64,000 nucleotides of DNA from Candidatus Hydrogenedentota bacterium (GTDB lineage Bacteria; Hydrogenedentota; Hydrogenedentia; Hydrogenedentales; SLHB01). Positions 1 through 10,048 of the stretch are shown one piece after another. A program made the translations under genes and the position numbers. Positions within the stretch are counted from its first letter, which is position 1. Each line of letters starts with the position of its first letter. The stretch covers positions 224,001 through 288,000 of the forward strand of contig CAXXTH010000018.1 in assembly GCA_963668025.2 (NCBI GenBank), read 5' to 3'. The notes beneath the pieces are model-generated. The model made no database searches. It was not told where the DNA came from and saw nothing but the letters and a program-made list of their open reading frames with translations.

Positions 1-1175
1 AGACGCCGACATCCGAGGTACAGGCTTTTTGCAGCCACCCGGAAAGCCATCCGCCTAGGATAGGCCCGCCGCCCAGTATGATGATGCCATACACGGTCTG
101 GGCGCTGTGGCGCACATCTTCCTCGGCCAGCCGATCCACATAGATATATGAACCCGCGAAGAAGCAGGCATAACAGAAACCGTGCAGCGCCTGGCTGGAA
201 ACCACCGCCCAGACCGGCAGCATTTCGGAAGACCCAAACACCGCGTAACGGGCGAAATAGGCCAGAATACCCACGACCATGATTTTCCGGAACCCGAGTG
301 AGACCAGCATGCGGCCAAGAATAGCCATGACGGCGATCTCCGCGAATTGGCCAATCGTCATCACTGGGCCAATGTCACTGTCGCGGATGCCCAACGAGGA
401 CAGAAACGGAGCAGTCTGTAGGAAATAGATTTGATGAATCACACTTACGGCGAGGCTTGCCACCACCAGCAGCGTGAAGGAGGGCCAGCGGAATAAGGCA
501 AACGCCTTGGCGAAAGCGAGTGGTTCGCGGGCGTCGCGTTTCGGCGGAGTGGTAGGCAGAAATAAACAAAAAGCTGCGTAGCCAAACGACATTAGCCCGG
601 AGAATTTCAGCGCGTCCACCAAGCGCGCCGTCACCTGGGGCACTTCATCGCCCACCACAAACGGCGGCATCCACTGCAAATGCAGACCCGTTTGCAGCCA
701 AATCATGGGGAAAACCCAGCTCGCGGCGATCCAGCCCAGCGTTCCCCAAACCCGCACCATGGGGAAATCGCGCTTCTGATCTTCAAGATGGGCAAAGGCC
801 ATCGAGTTCGACAGCGCCAGTGTGGGCATATACACTACACTATAAAGTATAGAAAGAATCAACCATGCGGAATAACTCTTCTGATAGGCTATACACCATA
901 TGATGATGCCGCCAGTGAACAAGAGCACGGCAAGACAGCGCTCCGTGCGGAAATACCGATCGGCCACTTGCCCGGCGAGGAATGGGGGCTACGGCCGCGC
1001 CCACGGAGCCCGCAAGGCCTAGAATCATGCCAATTTGCGCGCCGGTGAATCCCAAGCCGCCCTGGCTGGGATCCGCCGCTAGATACCGCGCCGCTAAGGG
1101 CAGCCACGCCCCCCACACGGCATACTGCAAAAACATCATCGTACTGAGTCGAGACTTGATATTTGGCTGCATCAT
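1..1175 (-). pseudogene. MFS nucleoside:H+ symporter-like (NupG family) transporter, split by a +1 frameshift; runs off the window start
   Basis: N-terminus 'RLSTMMFLQYAVWGAW'. Removing one G from GGGGG at 984-988 restores '...VAPFLAGQVADRYFRTER...RVWGTLGWI...TIGQFAEI...QALHGFCY', open to position 1. Could be a sequencing error. Confidence 0.75.
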
Positions 1176-1361
1176 GCACACTCCCAAATTCATTGCCTGC
1201 ACACACTACATTGGAGAAAACGCCACACCTGCGTCGTTGTAAAAACGGCGCTACTCTTTCCCCGAATGGGAGTATAACATGCTTAGAAGGATAATCCGCC
1301 ACTCATCCCATTAGTGAATCTTGGTGACACTTTTGCCATCGGAAGTGAATCAGTGGGACGA

Positions 1362-2507
1362 CTAGACATACCCAGAGGCCGCTGCTGCAATAGAATCCAC
1401 CGCCTGGCGGATATGTTCTTCTGTAGTGAAGCGGCCTAAACTGATTCGGATGGCCGTTCTGGCTTCTTCTTCGTTCATGCCGATGGCGTGCAGAACGTGA
1501 TTTGGCTCTGGATGGATGGAACCGCATGCCGAACCCGCCGATGCGGCTATGCCAGGCATTGACTCAAGGAGCGCTTTGGCCGGAACGCCTGGAAAAGACA
1601 TGCAACTGATATGCGGTGCGCGCGCGCAGGCTTGGCCGTGAATACGTGTACCGGTGATTTTCTCAACCAAGGCCGCCTCGAGGCCATTCCGAAGCTCCGT
1701 GAGACGGGCCGTCTCATGAGAGAGTTCTTGCATCGCCAGCTCGCAGGCGAATCCACATCCCGCTACGCCTGGGGCATTCACGGTTCCGCTGCGTAATCCC
1801 CGTTCCTGGCCGCCGCCGCTAAACAGGGGCTCCAGCCGGACGCGAGGCGCCCGCTCCCGCACATAGAGCGCTCCCACGCCTTTGGGTCCATGGAATTTGT
1901 GCGCCGATATCGCCAGCAGGTCAATGCCCATGCGGTGAACATCAAGCGGAATCTTGCCAACGGCCTGCGTGGCGTCGCAAAAGAACAGCACGCCCCGTTG
2001 TTTGCAAATACGGCCGATGGCTTCAATGGGATTGAGCGTTCCAAGGATATTGTTGGCGGCCATGGCGCATACCAGAAAGGTTTCTTTGCGTATAGCAGAA
2101 GCCGTTTGTTCGGGCGCGATACGGCCATGCGGGTCTGGCTGGAGCCAAGTGATTTCCCATCCGGCGCGCTCCAAATGGCGGCACGATTCAAGCACGGCCT
2201 TATGTTCGGCAAGGGAACAAATGATATGCCTGCCCCGGTTTGAATACGCTGCGGCAGCTCCCTTGATCGCCAGATTCGCACTTTCCGTGGCGCTCGACGT
2301 GAACACGATTTCCCGGGGAGATGCACCGAGCGCATGGGCGGTTTGTATACGCGCTTCTTCCACTCGATCCCGCGCCTGGCGGCCCAGCAGGTGTGTCACA
2401 CTGGCTGGATTGCCATATTCTTCACGCAATATCGAGAACATAAACTCCAAGACACACGGGTCGATGGGAGTGGTCGAGGCGTTGTCCAAATAAATAATGG
2501 CTTCCAT
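1362..2507 (-). CDS. iscS: Cysteine desulfurase, IscS/NifS type
   Basis: YLDNASTT, YGNPAS, SAHKFHGPKG (PLP Lys), SAGSAC (catalytic Cys). Confidence 0.9.
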   Translation of the reverse strand: MEAIIYLDNASTTPIDPCVLEFMFSILREEYGNPASVTHLLGRQARDRVEEARIQTAHALGASPREIVFTSSATESANLAIKGAAAAYSNRGRHIICSLAEHKAVLESCRHLERAGWEITWLQPDPHGRIAPEQTASAIRKETFLVCAMAANNILGTLNPIEAIGRICKQRGVLFFCDATQAVGKIPLDVHRMGIDLLAISAHKFHGPKGVGALYVRERAPRVRLEPLFSGGGQERGLRSGTVNAPGVAGCGFACELAMQELSHETARLTELRNGLEAALVEKITGTRIHGQACARAPHISCMSFPGVPAKALLESMPGIAASAGSACGSIHPEPNHVLHAIGMNEEEARTAIRISLGRFTTEEHIRQAVDSIAAAASGYV

Positions 2508-2625
2508 ATTATCTCATTTTCTTTAAATGCTGAAGGACGTTTTGCACCAGAGGAATACCGGCTACATGAATTTGAGCCTCGACATGCCGCTCTGAACGAT
2601 TGGGCAAGCCCCATCTCACAGCTCT

Positions 2626-3795
2626 TTATTCATTCGAGTTCCGTTTTTTATCCATCGAGCGGTGAACCGTTTCGATCCAACCGCCGCCCAACAGCATGTC
2701 CTCCGCATACACCACCGCCGCTTGGCCCGGGACCGCACAATCCACGGGCGTATCGAAAACAGCTTGAAATCTGCCAGGGCCAAGCAGATGGATCGTGGCG
2801 TCATATGCGTGGGATGCGTACCGAATTTGGACGCTCGCGCGGAAGCACTGAGGGACCGTCTGCTGCCATAGGGCTTCCGCCGCCTCGATGCCATCTGTAC
2901 GTAGCCGTTCCTGATGACCCACCACTAAGGTATTATGCGGCGCGTCAATCGACACTACATAAAGAGGTTCAGGATGGGCGATTCCCAATCCCCGGCGCTG
3001 GCCAGTCGTATACCGGGCGATGCCTTGGTGTTCTCCGAGCAGATGGCCATCCACGCTATAGATAGGCCCCGGCCTTAAGCCGCTTGCGCCACGGCGCTCA
3101 AGCAAACCGGCATAGCCGTTATGCGGCGCGAAACAAATATCCTGGCTTTCCAGCTTGGCGCGCATATCCAGACGGGCTATATCCGCGATGGCCCGGACTT
3201 CGCTTTTGCTGGACACCTCGCCCAATGGCAGCAGCAGGCGCTGCAACAACGCCTTATCGAGGGTAAAAAGGACATAGGATTGATCTTTTTGCCGGCATGC
3301 GGCGCGGCATATGGTCCACTCGCCCGCATGGGCGCGGATACGCGCGTAATGGCCCGTAGCAAGATACGCGGCTCCTATGGAGTCCGCAAAACGGAGCAAA
3401 TGCGCGAATTTCACTTGCGCATTGCACAGCGGGCAAGGATTTGGCGTACGCCCCTGTTCGTAATCATGCACGAAGTAATCAATGATAGGCTTGATGGAAT
3501 CTCCCGCGCTGACAACATGAAAGGGAATTCCTATTTGTTCCGCCGCCCGCCGGGCGTCTTCCGCATCATCTGGCGAACAGCAAGAACGGCTTCCGACGGT
3601 TTGTTCAATAGCCGTGCTCAAACAGAGAAACACGCCATGCACGTCATAACCCGATTCGCGCAGTAAATAGGCCGTAACCGCGGAATCCACGCCGCCGCTC
3701 ATGCCAACGACGACCTGCTTAGGCCCGCTGTAATGAACGCTTATTTCTTGGCGCACGGAACGTTCTCCTTTATTGAAACGCATGGCCTCGCTCAT
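2626..3795 (-). CDS. mnmA: tRNA 2-thiouridine(34) synthase, CxxC ('C-type') subclass
   Basis: MSGGVDS PP-loop, TPNPCPLCN, ATGHYA, KDQSY, ESQDICF, GQRRGLG, PGQAAV. Confidence 0.95.
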   Translation of the reverse strand: MSEAMRFNKGERSVRQEISVHYSGPKQVVVGMSGGVDSAVTAYLLRESGYDVHGVFLCLSTAIEQTVGSRSCCSPDDAEDARRAAEQIGIPFHVVSAGDSIKPIIDYFVHDYEQGRTPNPCPLCNAQVKFAHLLRFADSIGAAYLATGHYARIRAHAGEWTICRAACRQKDQSYVLFTLDKALLQRLLLPLGEVSSKSEVRAIADIARLDMRAKLESQDICFAPHNGYAGLLERRGASGLRPGPIYSVDGHLLGEHQGIARYTTGQRRGLGIAHPEPLYVVSIDAPHNTLVVGHQERLRTDGIEAAEALWQQTVPQCFRASVQIRYASHAYDATIHLLGPGRFQAVFDTPVDCAVPGQAAVVYAEDMLLGGGWIETVHRSMDKKRNSNE

Positions 3796-3908
3796 AAATA
3801 CCTATCCCCCGCTTTGCCGGGGGATACATGTTCGATTCATAGACGCCGCTAAAGTAGTAATTGGCGTTTCCGTTATGCTCCCGATGATGCAACGGTATGG
3901 GGTGTTTG

Positions 3909-5888
3909 CTACAATCCAGCCCCCCGCCCGCTTTTCAAGTTCCATACGGCTGCGGCCAGCGCGTCGATCTCCTCACAAGTGTTGTAGAACGCCAGCGAAG
4001 GGCGCACGGTGCTTTCCAGGCCAAAGCGGCGCAAAACCGGCTGGGCGCAATGATGGCCAGCTCGCACCGCAATCCCTTCACGGCTTAAAGCCTTGCCGAC
4101 ATCCTCCGTGCTGAAACCATCCAACACAAACGATAGGACGCTGGCCTTTTCCCGGGCAGTTCCTATAAGGCGCAACCCAGGAATACGCTGAAGCGCTTGT
4201 ATGCCATACTGCAGCAGATTATGCTCATATCGAGCAATATTCGCCATGCCGATCCGGCTGGCATAGTCAATAGCCGCGCCAAGTCCGGCGGCGTCAGCGA
4301 TGCTGCCGGTTCCAGCTTCAAAACGTGCTGGGGCATCCTGGTAGATGGTCTTCTCGAATGTCACATCCACGATCATGTTGCCTCCTCCTTGCCAAGGGGG
4401 AGTTGATTCGAGCGCCTCCGGTTTTCCGTAAAGCACTCCGATGCCGTTGGGGCCAAACACTTTATGGCCGGAGAAGACATAAAAATCTGCATCCAGCGCC
4501 TGCACATCCACCGGCATGTGGGAAACAGCTTGTGCGCCATCAACAAGCACACGGGCGCCATGCCGGTGTGCGATAGCAATCATTTCCGCCACCGGCGTGA
4601 TGGTTCCCAGCGCATTGGAGACATGCGCCAAGGAAACGAGCCTTGTTCGCGGTGTAAACAGCTTCTCGTATTCATCTAGCAGAATCTGGCCGCTATCGTC
4701 CACCGGAGCGACCCGCAAGCGCGCGTTCTTCTCGGAAGCCAATTGCTGCCAAGGCACAATATTGGCATGATGCTCCAGCCAGGTAATGATGATTTCTTCC
4801 CCTTGCTGGATATAGCGCCGCCCCCAGCTCTGGGCAACCAAGTTGATGCCTTCAGTTGCTCCCCGGACGAACACGATATCGCTGGCCGCGCTGGCGTTGA
4901 GGAATCGAGCGGCTTTTTCGCGCGCCGCTTCGTACGCATCGGTGGAACGCGCCGCCAATTCGTGTGCGGCCCGGTGCACATTGGAGTTCTCATGCTGATA
5001 GAAGTACGTCAAGCGGTCAATGACCGATTGCGGCTTCTGTGTGGTGGCGGCATTATCGAGCCATACCAGTTGCCGCCCTCCAGAAACCTGCTCTTGCAGG
5101 ATCGGGAAATCTCTCCGGACTGAGGCGACATCAAAAGGCGCGGCCAGCGTGTCCGCCAGTGGCTGCACGGCCGTTTTTGCGTCGAGCGGCTCCAATGCGG
5201 GAACTATGTCTAGTAGAGCGATTGGTCGGGCATTATTGATGAAACCATACGTGGCAGGCAGGCCCCGCTGGACATCATGCGTAACGGCTCCCGGAAGCTG
5301 CGGCGCGGTTGGTTCTTGCGGTTTTGCGTTTACCGGAAGCGGAACTGCCCCAGGCAAGGCAGGCGGTTTGCCAGATAATTCTGTTTCCGCGGGAAACGTC
5401 ACCGTCCCGCCAGGCGGAGCCGCAGGAACCGCCTTTGTTGGTTCAGAGGAAAAGAGCGGGCGCACGTCCTCCACGAATCCATAGGATGGGATCGAAGAAA
5501 AATCCGCCACGGAAATGCCGCCTGGAATGCCGTACACCCTCAACTCTGGAACATCAGGGAGCGCTGTTGGGGCTGGTGTGGCAGCGCTTTGAAGCGCTGC
5601 GGGAATTGCAGCCAGATCAGCTTCTGTCAAATCGCCAGCCGCATCAAGGCCACTCCCATATATGGAAAAGGGAGGCCGTGTTGTGGCGGCTGCGGGCCTG
5701 AACAACGCTGCTACATTTTCATTGTCATGGGCAGGCAGCGCTTCAAAAAACTCGTTTGCCAGCCGCTCAAGTGTGGCGGCATCAGGAAATCCCGCAGCGG
5801 CCGCGCTCAACGAGCCGGGTTGCTCCAAGTTTGCTCCTGCTTCCTGGGCCAATCCCACAATCGTGTCATTGAGATTATTTATAATCAT
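3909..5888 (-). CDS. Family 2A encapsulin cargo cysteine desulfurase: SufS-type catalytic domain with a ~250-aa Pro/Ala-rich N-terminal loading domain
   Basis: LERLANEFF motif in a low-complexity N-terminus; LDNAATTQKP, SGHK, RAGHHCA in the C-terminal domain. ATG 5888 overlaps the encapsulin 3' end (track start 5909). Confidence 0.92.
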   Translation of the reverse strand: MIINNLNDTIVGLAQEAGANLEQPGSLSAAAAGFPDAATLERLANEFFEALPAHDNENVAALFRPAAATTRPPFSIYGSGLDAAGDLTEADLAAIPAALQSAATPAPTALPDVPELRVYGIPGGISVADFSSIPSYGFVEDVRPLFSSEPTKAVPAAPPGGTVTFPAETELSGKPPALPGAVPLPVNAKPQEPTAPQLPGAVTHDVQRGLPATYGFINNARPIALLDIVPALEPLDAKTAVQPLADTLAAPFDVASVRRDFPILQEQVSGGRQLVWLDNAATTQKPQSVIDRLTYFYQHENSNVHRAAHELAARSTDAYEAAREKAARFLNASAASDIVFVRGATEGINLVAQSWGRRYIQQGEEIIITWLEHHANIVPWQQLASEKNARLRVAPVDDSGQILLDEYEKLFTPRTRLVSLAHVSNALGTITPVAEMIAIAHRHGARVLVDGAQAVSHMPVDVQALDADFYVFSGHKVFGPNGIGVLYGKPEALESTPPWQGGGNMIVDVTFEKTIYQDAPARFEAGTGSIADAAGLGAAIDYASRIGMANIARYEHNLLQYGIQALQRIPGLRLIGTAREKASVLSFVLDGFSTEDVGKALSREGIAVRAGHHCAQPVLRRFGLESTVRPSLAFYNTCEEIDALAAAVWNLKSGRGAGL

Positions 5889-6825
5889 AGTAATTGCCCA
5901 CATCGACATGTTCGAGAGCGGCGATGGCGTCGTCCACCAGCACGGCCGCCGAGCAATAGAGCGAGATCAGATACGAACCGATGCCTTGTCCATTGATGCC
6001 CATGAATCGAACGGACAACCCAGGCGTCTGTTCACCAGGCAGGCCGGGCTGATACAAGCCAACCACGCCCTGTTTTTTCTCTCCAACACGCAGCAGGAGG
6101 ATATCGGATTTTCCGCCATTACCTACAGGATTGGCCTCCCCATCAACAAGGAGCTTGTTGGTGGGAATGATTGGAATACCACGCCATGTCAGAAATGGCG
6201 AGCCAAACAAGGTGACTGTCGCAGGAGGAACGCCACGCCGGGTGCATTCGCGCCCGAAAGCGGCTATGGCTCGCGGATGGGCCAGGAAGAATGATGGTTC
6301 TTTCCATACTTTCGCGATCAAGTCATCCAAATCATCCGGGGTCGGCGCGCCTTTTCGGGTTGATATGCGCTGTGCGCGGGGAACGTTTTTCAGCAAGCCA
6401 TATTCAACATTGTTGAGCAATTCGTTCTCTTGCTTTTCCTTGATGGCCTCAATGGTCAATCGTAGCTGCTCGCGAATCTGGTCGAACGGATTACTGTATA
6501 AATCCGAAATACGCGTGTGGACATCCAGCACCGTGCTGATGCTGCTTAGCGTATACTCACGCGGTTTTTCCTGGTAATTCACAAATGTGCGGGGAAGAAT
6601 GCTCTCATCCTTTTTACCGCAAACTAAATCGATGGGCTTGTCTTCATCGACTTGGTTAAGCCGGAATGTTCCTGCTTCCAGCGGCTTCCAATCCAACAGC
6701 CGGACGAGCCATCGTGGGGTAATCGCGCCATATTGTGGCGGAGTTTTGGTGACATTGGCGAGCTGGAACGCCGCTGAGTCGCCGAGAATGTGGCTTTGCG
6801 CTTTTGCTGCTTTGATGTCGGACAT
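5875..6825 (-). CDS. Family 2A encapsulin shell protein (SrpI / major membrane protein I family)
   Basis: QLANVTKTPPQ..ITPRWL, PREYTLS, DLYSNP, PTPDDLDDL, FLAHPRAIAAFGRECTRRGVPP, LSVRFMGI; GGAG RBS before ATG 6825. Confidence 0.95.
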   Translation of the reverse strand: MSDIKAAKAQSHILGDSAAFQLANVTKTPPQYGAITPRWLVRLLDWKPLEAGTFRLNQVDEDKPIDLVCGKKDESILPRTFVNYQEKPREYTLSSISTVLDVHTRISDLYSNPFDQIREQLRLTIEAIKEKQENELLNNVEYGLLKNVPRAQRISTRKGAPTPDDLDDLIAKVWKEPSFFLAHPRAIAAFGRECTRRGVPPATVTLFGSPFLTWRGIPIIPTNKLLVDGEANPVGNGGKSDILLLRVGEKKQGVVGLYQPGLPGEQTPGLSVRFMGINGQGIGSYLISLYCSAAVLVDDAIAALEHVDVGNYYDYK

Positions 6826-6968
6826 GTCTGTTCTCCAATAAGGTTGTATCGAGTTTGTTTCGTACAAAATAAAGCTACTGGGTTTACCAATGTGTTTGCC
6901 TACATCCTTGAGATATCCAGCAAAGCCACATTCACCAAAAAAAATACATACTTACATATCTAAATCAC

Positions 6969-8450
6969 TTAATATTTAGGGGTGCTGGGGTCCACTTGGC
7001 CGGACCAGCCCAAAATGCCGTCTTTAAGATTTACGAGACGGCCGCCATATCCCGACGCGCGCAAATCATTAATCGCCTTAGCGCTGCGTATGCCTACTTT
7101 GCAAAAAATGACCGCAACACGGGCGGGGTCGATTTCCGCGGCCCGGTTTACGATTTGCCCTAGCGGAATGAGCTTTTCATAAGGCAAATTTGCAATCGCA
7201 TATTCATGTGGTTCACGTACGTCGATCAGTTGGAAGTCGCGCTGTTCATCGAACCATTGCTTCAATTCGGCTGCCGAGATCTCATCAGGTGTTCCATTAG
7301 CTGTTTCGCCCACGGCTGGCGCGGGCTGGCGGAGTCCGCAGAATTCCTCATAATCGATCAGTTCATGAAGAACCGGCTTTTCGCCGCAGATAGGGCACTT
7401 AGGATTCTTATGCAGCTTCATTTCGCGGAAACGCATCTTCCACGCATCAAACAACAACAGCCGGTTAATAAGCGGTTCACCGCCGCCCAAAATGAGCTTG
7501 ATTGTCTCATTAGCCTGTATCGAGCCAATGATGCCCGGCAAGACGCCAAGCACGCCTCCTTCCGCGCATGAGGGAACCAGCCCTGGGGGCGGTGGTTCAG
7601 TGAATAGGCACCGATAGCAAGCGCCCACTTTTGCCCAGAAGACACTTGCCTGGCCCTCGAATCGAAAAATCGAGCCGTATACATTGGGTTTACCGAGCAG
7701 CACGCAGGCGTCATTGACCAAATACCGCGTCGGGAAATTATCCGTGCCATCCACAATAATGTCGTAATCACGAATGATATCCAGCGCGTTCTGGCTCGTT
7801 AGACGGGTATCATATGCATCCACTTGCACGTGCCGGTTGATGTCGTAGATGCGATCGGCGGCTGAAGCAATTTTAGGGCGCCCGATATCTCTTGTGCCGT
7901 GGATCACTTGGCGCTGTAGATTGGATTCATCCACCACATCAAAATCTACGATGCCCAGATGGCCAATACCCGCCGCCGCTAGGTATAATCCCACGGGCGC
8001 GCCGAGGCCGCCCGTGCCGATCATAAGCACTCGTGCATTTTTCAGTTTACGCTGCCCTTCGACACCGACTTCTGGAAGGATTAGGTGGCGGCTATAACGT
8101 AGGATCTCCTGGTTAGAGAGTTCCGGCAATTTCATATGACTTGACGCTTCCGCGATTTCCGGGGCTTCTTCGGCAACGCCTCCAGCAATGGACGGCACCA
8201 CCATGATCGCAGCCCCATCAGCTACTGGCGTCTCCAATCCTGACTGATACCGGATGTCCTCATCGTTCACATAGATATTGACGAAACTGCGTAATTCCCC
8301 TTTATCATTGAACAAGTGTTTATTCAGTTCGGTATGCTGCGCTACGAGCTGGCCAAGCGCTTCGCCGACGTTTTTTGCATGCACGGCTATCTCGGGTTGA
8401 TTGCCAGTAAAACGGCGCAACGCCGTGGGAATCTGAATTAAAACGGGCAT
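6969..8450 (-). CDS. Fusion of MoaD/CysO-like ubiquitin-like sulfur carrier, MoeB/E1 adenylyltransferase and rhodanese
   Basis: 8450-8178 Ubl (IPTALR..FVNIYVNDEDIR..PSIAGG); RYSRH, GTGGLG, SNLQRQ, CYRC, PSCAEGG, CPIC; rhodanese DVREPHE/FCKVGIRS. Confidence 0.9.
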   Translation of the reverse strand: MPVLIQIPTALRRFTGNQPEIAVHAKNVGEALGQLVAQHTELNKHLFNDKGELRSFVNIYVNDEDIRYQSGLETPVADGAAIMVVPSIAGGVAEEAPEIAEASSHMKLPELSNQEILRYSRHLILPEVGVEGQRKLKNARVLMIGTGGLGAPVGLYLAAAGIGHLGIVDFDVVDESNLQRQVIHGTRDIGRPKIASAADRIYDINRHVQVDAYDTRLTSQNALDIIRDYDIIVDGTDNFPTRYLVNDACVLLGKPNVYGSIFRFEGQASVFWAKVGACYRCLFTEPPPPGLVPSCAEGGVLGVLPGIIGSIQANETIKLILGGGEPLINRLLLFDAWKMRFREMKLHKNPKCPICGEKPVLHELIDYEEFCGLRQPAPAVGETANGTPDEISAAELKQWFDEQRDFQLIDVREPHEYAIANLPYEKLIPLGQIVNRAAEIDPARVAVIFCKVGIRSAKAINDLRASGYGGRLVNLKDGILGWSGQVDPSTPKY

Positions 8451-8454
8451 ATGC

Positions 8455-8883
8455 TCATGCTCCTTTCCGTATTGGCTCTGGGTTGAAACGAGAACGATCT
8501 GCTTCCATTTCCCAAGAAAGCAGGCTGCCTGCTTGGCCTTGGCGTATAGCGACAATGACGTACGAATACGTTGGCCAGGCATGGTCCAAATCAAACTGGG
8601 ACGGCTCCGCCGGATGATCGGGATGCGAGTGATAAAACCCGACCACATCAAGCGCTTTCGAGCGGGCAAGTTTCTCTCCCGCCAGCAACTCATTCGGCGC
8701 TATTAAGAATCGGTTGTGCCGGGAGCCTGTATCGCGCGCATTGGCGATGGGATGTATTTCCACAACGCTTTTTCCATGTTGCGAATCAATACGGCCGATA
8801 AGCAGCCCACAACACTCATGGGGATACTCCGCTTCGCCATGCCGCCGGATTGCATCGAGATGCTCGGTTTGAATCAAAATCAT
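8455..8883 (-). CDS. JAB/MPN+ (M67, Mec-like) metallopeptidase
   Basis: YPHECCGLL and YHSHPDHPAEPSQFD JAMM motif. Confidence 0.92.
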   Translation of the reverse strand: MILIQTEHLDAIRRHGEAEYPHECCGLLIGRIDSQHGKSVVEIHPIANARDTGSRHNRFLIAPNELLAGEKLARSKALDVVGFYHSHPDHPAEPSQFDLDHAWPTYSYVIVAIRQGQAGSLLSWEMEADRSRFNPEPIRKGA

Positions 8884-8885
8884 GC

Positions 8886-9851
8886 TCAACCCTCCTCCCA
8901 AAAGAAATCGCCCACATAACGGGAACCGCTGTCGCAGAGTATGGTGGCCACGACAGATCCAGGCGGCAGCGTGCGGGCCAGCCGGATGGCGGCAAATACA
9001 TTGGCTCCTGAACTGACGCCGACAAACAGCCCTTCACGTCGCGCCAAGCGCCGGGCGGTTTCCTGGGCATCTTCGGTGGAGACCTCCACCTGCTCATCTC
9101 CCAACGAAGCATCATAAATGCCAGGGACAATCGTTGTTTCTAGATGCTTCATCCCCTCCAAACCATGCAGAGGGGAGTCTGGCTGCATGCGAATGGCGCG
9201 CAAGCGGGGATTAAGCTCTTTTAGCCTGCGGACCGTACCGGTGAACGTGCCGGACGTGCCCATACCCGCAACAAAATGCGTCACCCGCCCTTCCGTCTGT
9301 TCCCATATTTCCGGGGCCGTCGTCTCATAATGCGCCCGCCAATTTGCTGGATTGTTATATTGATCTGGATAGAAGTATTTTCCAGGTTCTTTAACGGCTA
9401 ATTCGGCGGCCCGAACCTGTGCTCCGTCAGAACTCTGCAACGGATCGGTTTCAATGATCTGGGCTCCATATGCACGCATAATACGCTTGCGCTCTATACT
9501 GGCATTCTTCGGAAGGCATAATACGACCTGGTAGCCCAGAGTCGCACCGAGCATCGCATAAGCAATACCGGTATTGCCGCTGGTGGCGTCCAGAATAGTC
9601 ATGCCTGGCCGGAGCCGGCCCTCTCGTATTCCTTCTTGGATCATGGACCAGGCAGGCCGGTCTTTCACAGACCCGCCGGGATTCAAGTGCTCGGCTTTCG
9701 CATACACTGCCACCTCTTCAGGCAAATCATCCGCCAGGCGCGTGAGCCGCAATAACGGCGTGCGTCCAATGAGTTCGTATAATCTCCGCCCAATCCGAAC
9801 TGGACCAACAGAGGCGGCGAACTGCGTAGGAAGCGGTGCGGCGCAAACCAT
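8886..9851 (-). CDS. cysM: PLP-dependent cysteine synthase (CysM-like)
   Basis: KAEHLNPGGSVKDR, ATSGNTG, DQYNNPAN, GMGTSGT, GVSSGA. Confidence 0.88.
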   Translation of the reverse strand: MVCAAPLPTQFAASVGPVRIGRRLYELIGRTPLLRLTRLADDLPEEVAVYAKAEHLNPGGSVKDRPAWSMIQEGIREGRLRPGMTILDATSGNTGIAYAMLGATLGYQVVLCLPKNASIERKRIMRAYGAQIIETDPLQSSDGAQVRAAELAVKEPGKYFYPDQYNNPANWRAHYETTAPEIWEQTEGRVTHFVAGMGTSGTFTGTVRRLKELNPRLRAIRMQPDSPLHGLEGMKHLETTIVPGIYDASLGDEQVEVSTEDAQETARRLARREGLFVGVSSGANVFAAIRLARTLPPGSVVATILCDSGSRYVGDFFWEEG

Positions 9852-9982
9852 TGGCTAATACCCTTTCCTTTTCGCTTTGCATCTATCGCCTTCATGTACG
9901 CGTATTTCCATCCGCCCCGCCTTCGTATTAAGAAATGCTTTTACTTGGGCGTGGAATCGTGTAGTATACGCGCTTCAAGGTT

Positions 9983-10017
9983 ATTCTAAAGTATGCAGGT
10001 CGACTTTGTCAAGTATA
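9983..10017 (-). promoter_or_regulatory. Probable sigma70 promoter of the cysM operon, with an Rrf2/IscR-like half-site
   Basis: Minus strand reads TATAC-TTGACA-N18-TAGAAT. Confidence 0.5.
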
Positions 10018-10048
10018 ACGCTAGGGCTGATTCTAGAAGGAGGGCTTT

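Noticed and set aside
5875-6825. Prophage capsid gene (HK97 fold)
   Set aside because: No terminase, portal or tail genes; sequence and the adjacent cargo desulfurase fit a family 2A encapsulin
8451-8693. N-terminal extension of the 574-aa ORF in the track
   Set aside because: It overlaps the JAB gene in another frame; the RBS (AAAGGAG) and domain start support ATG 8450
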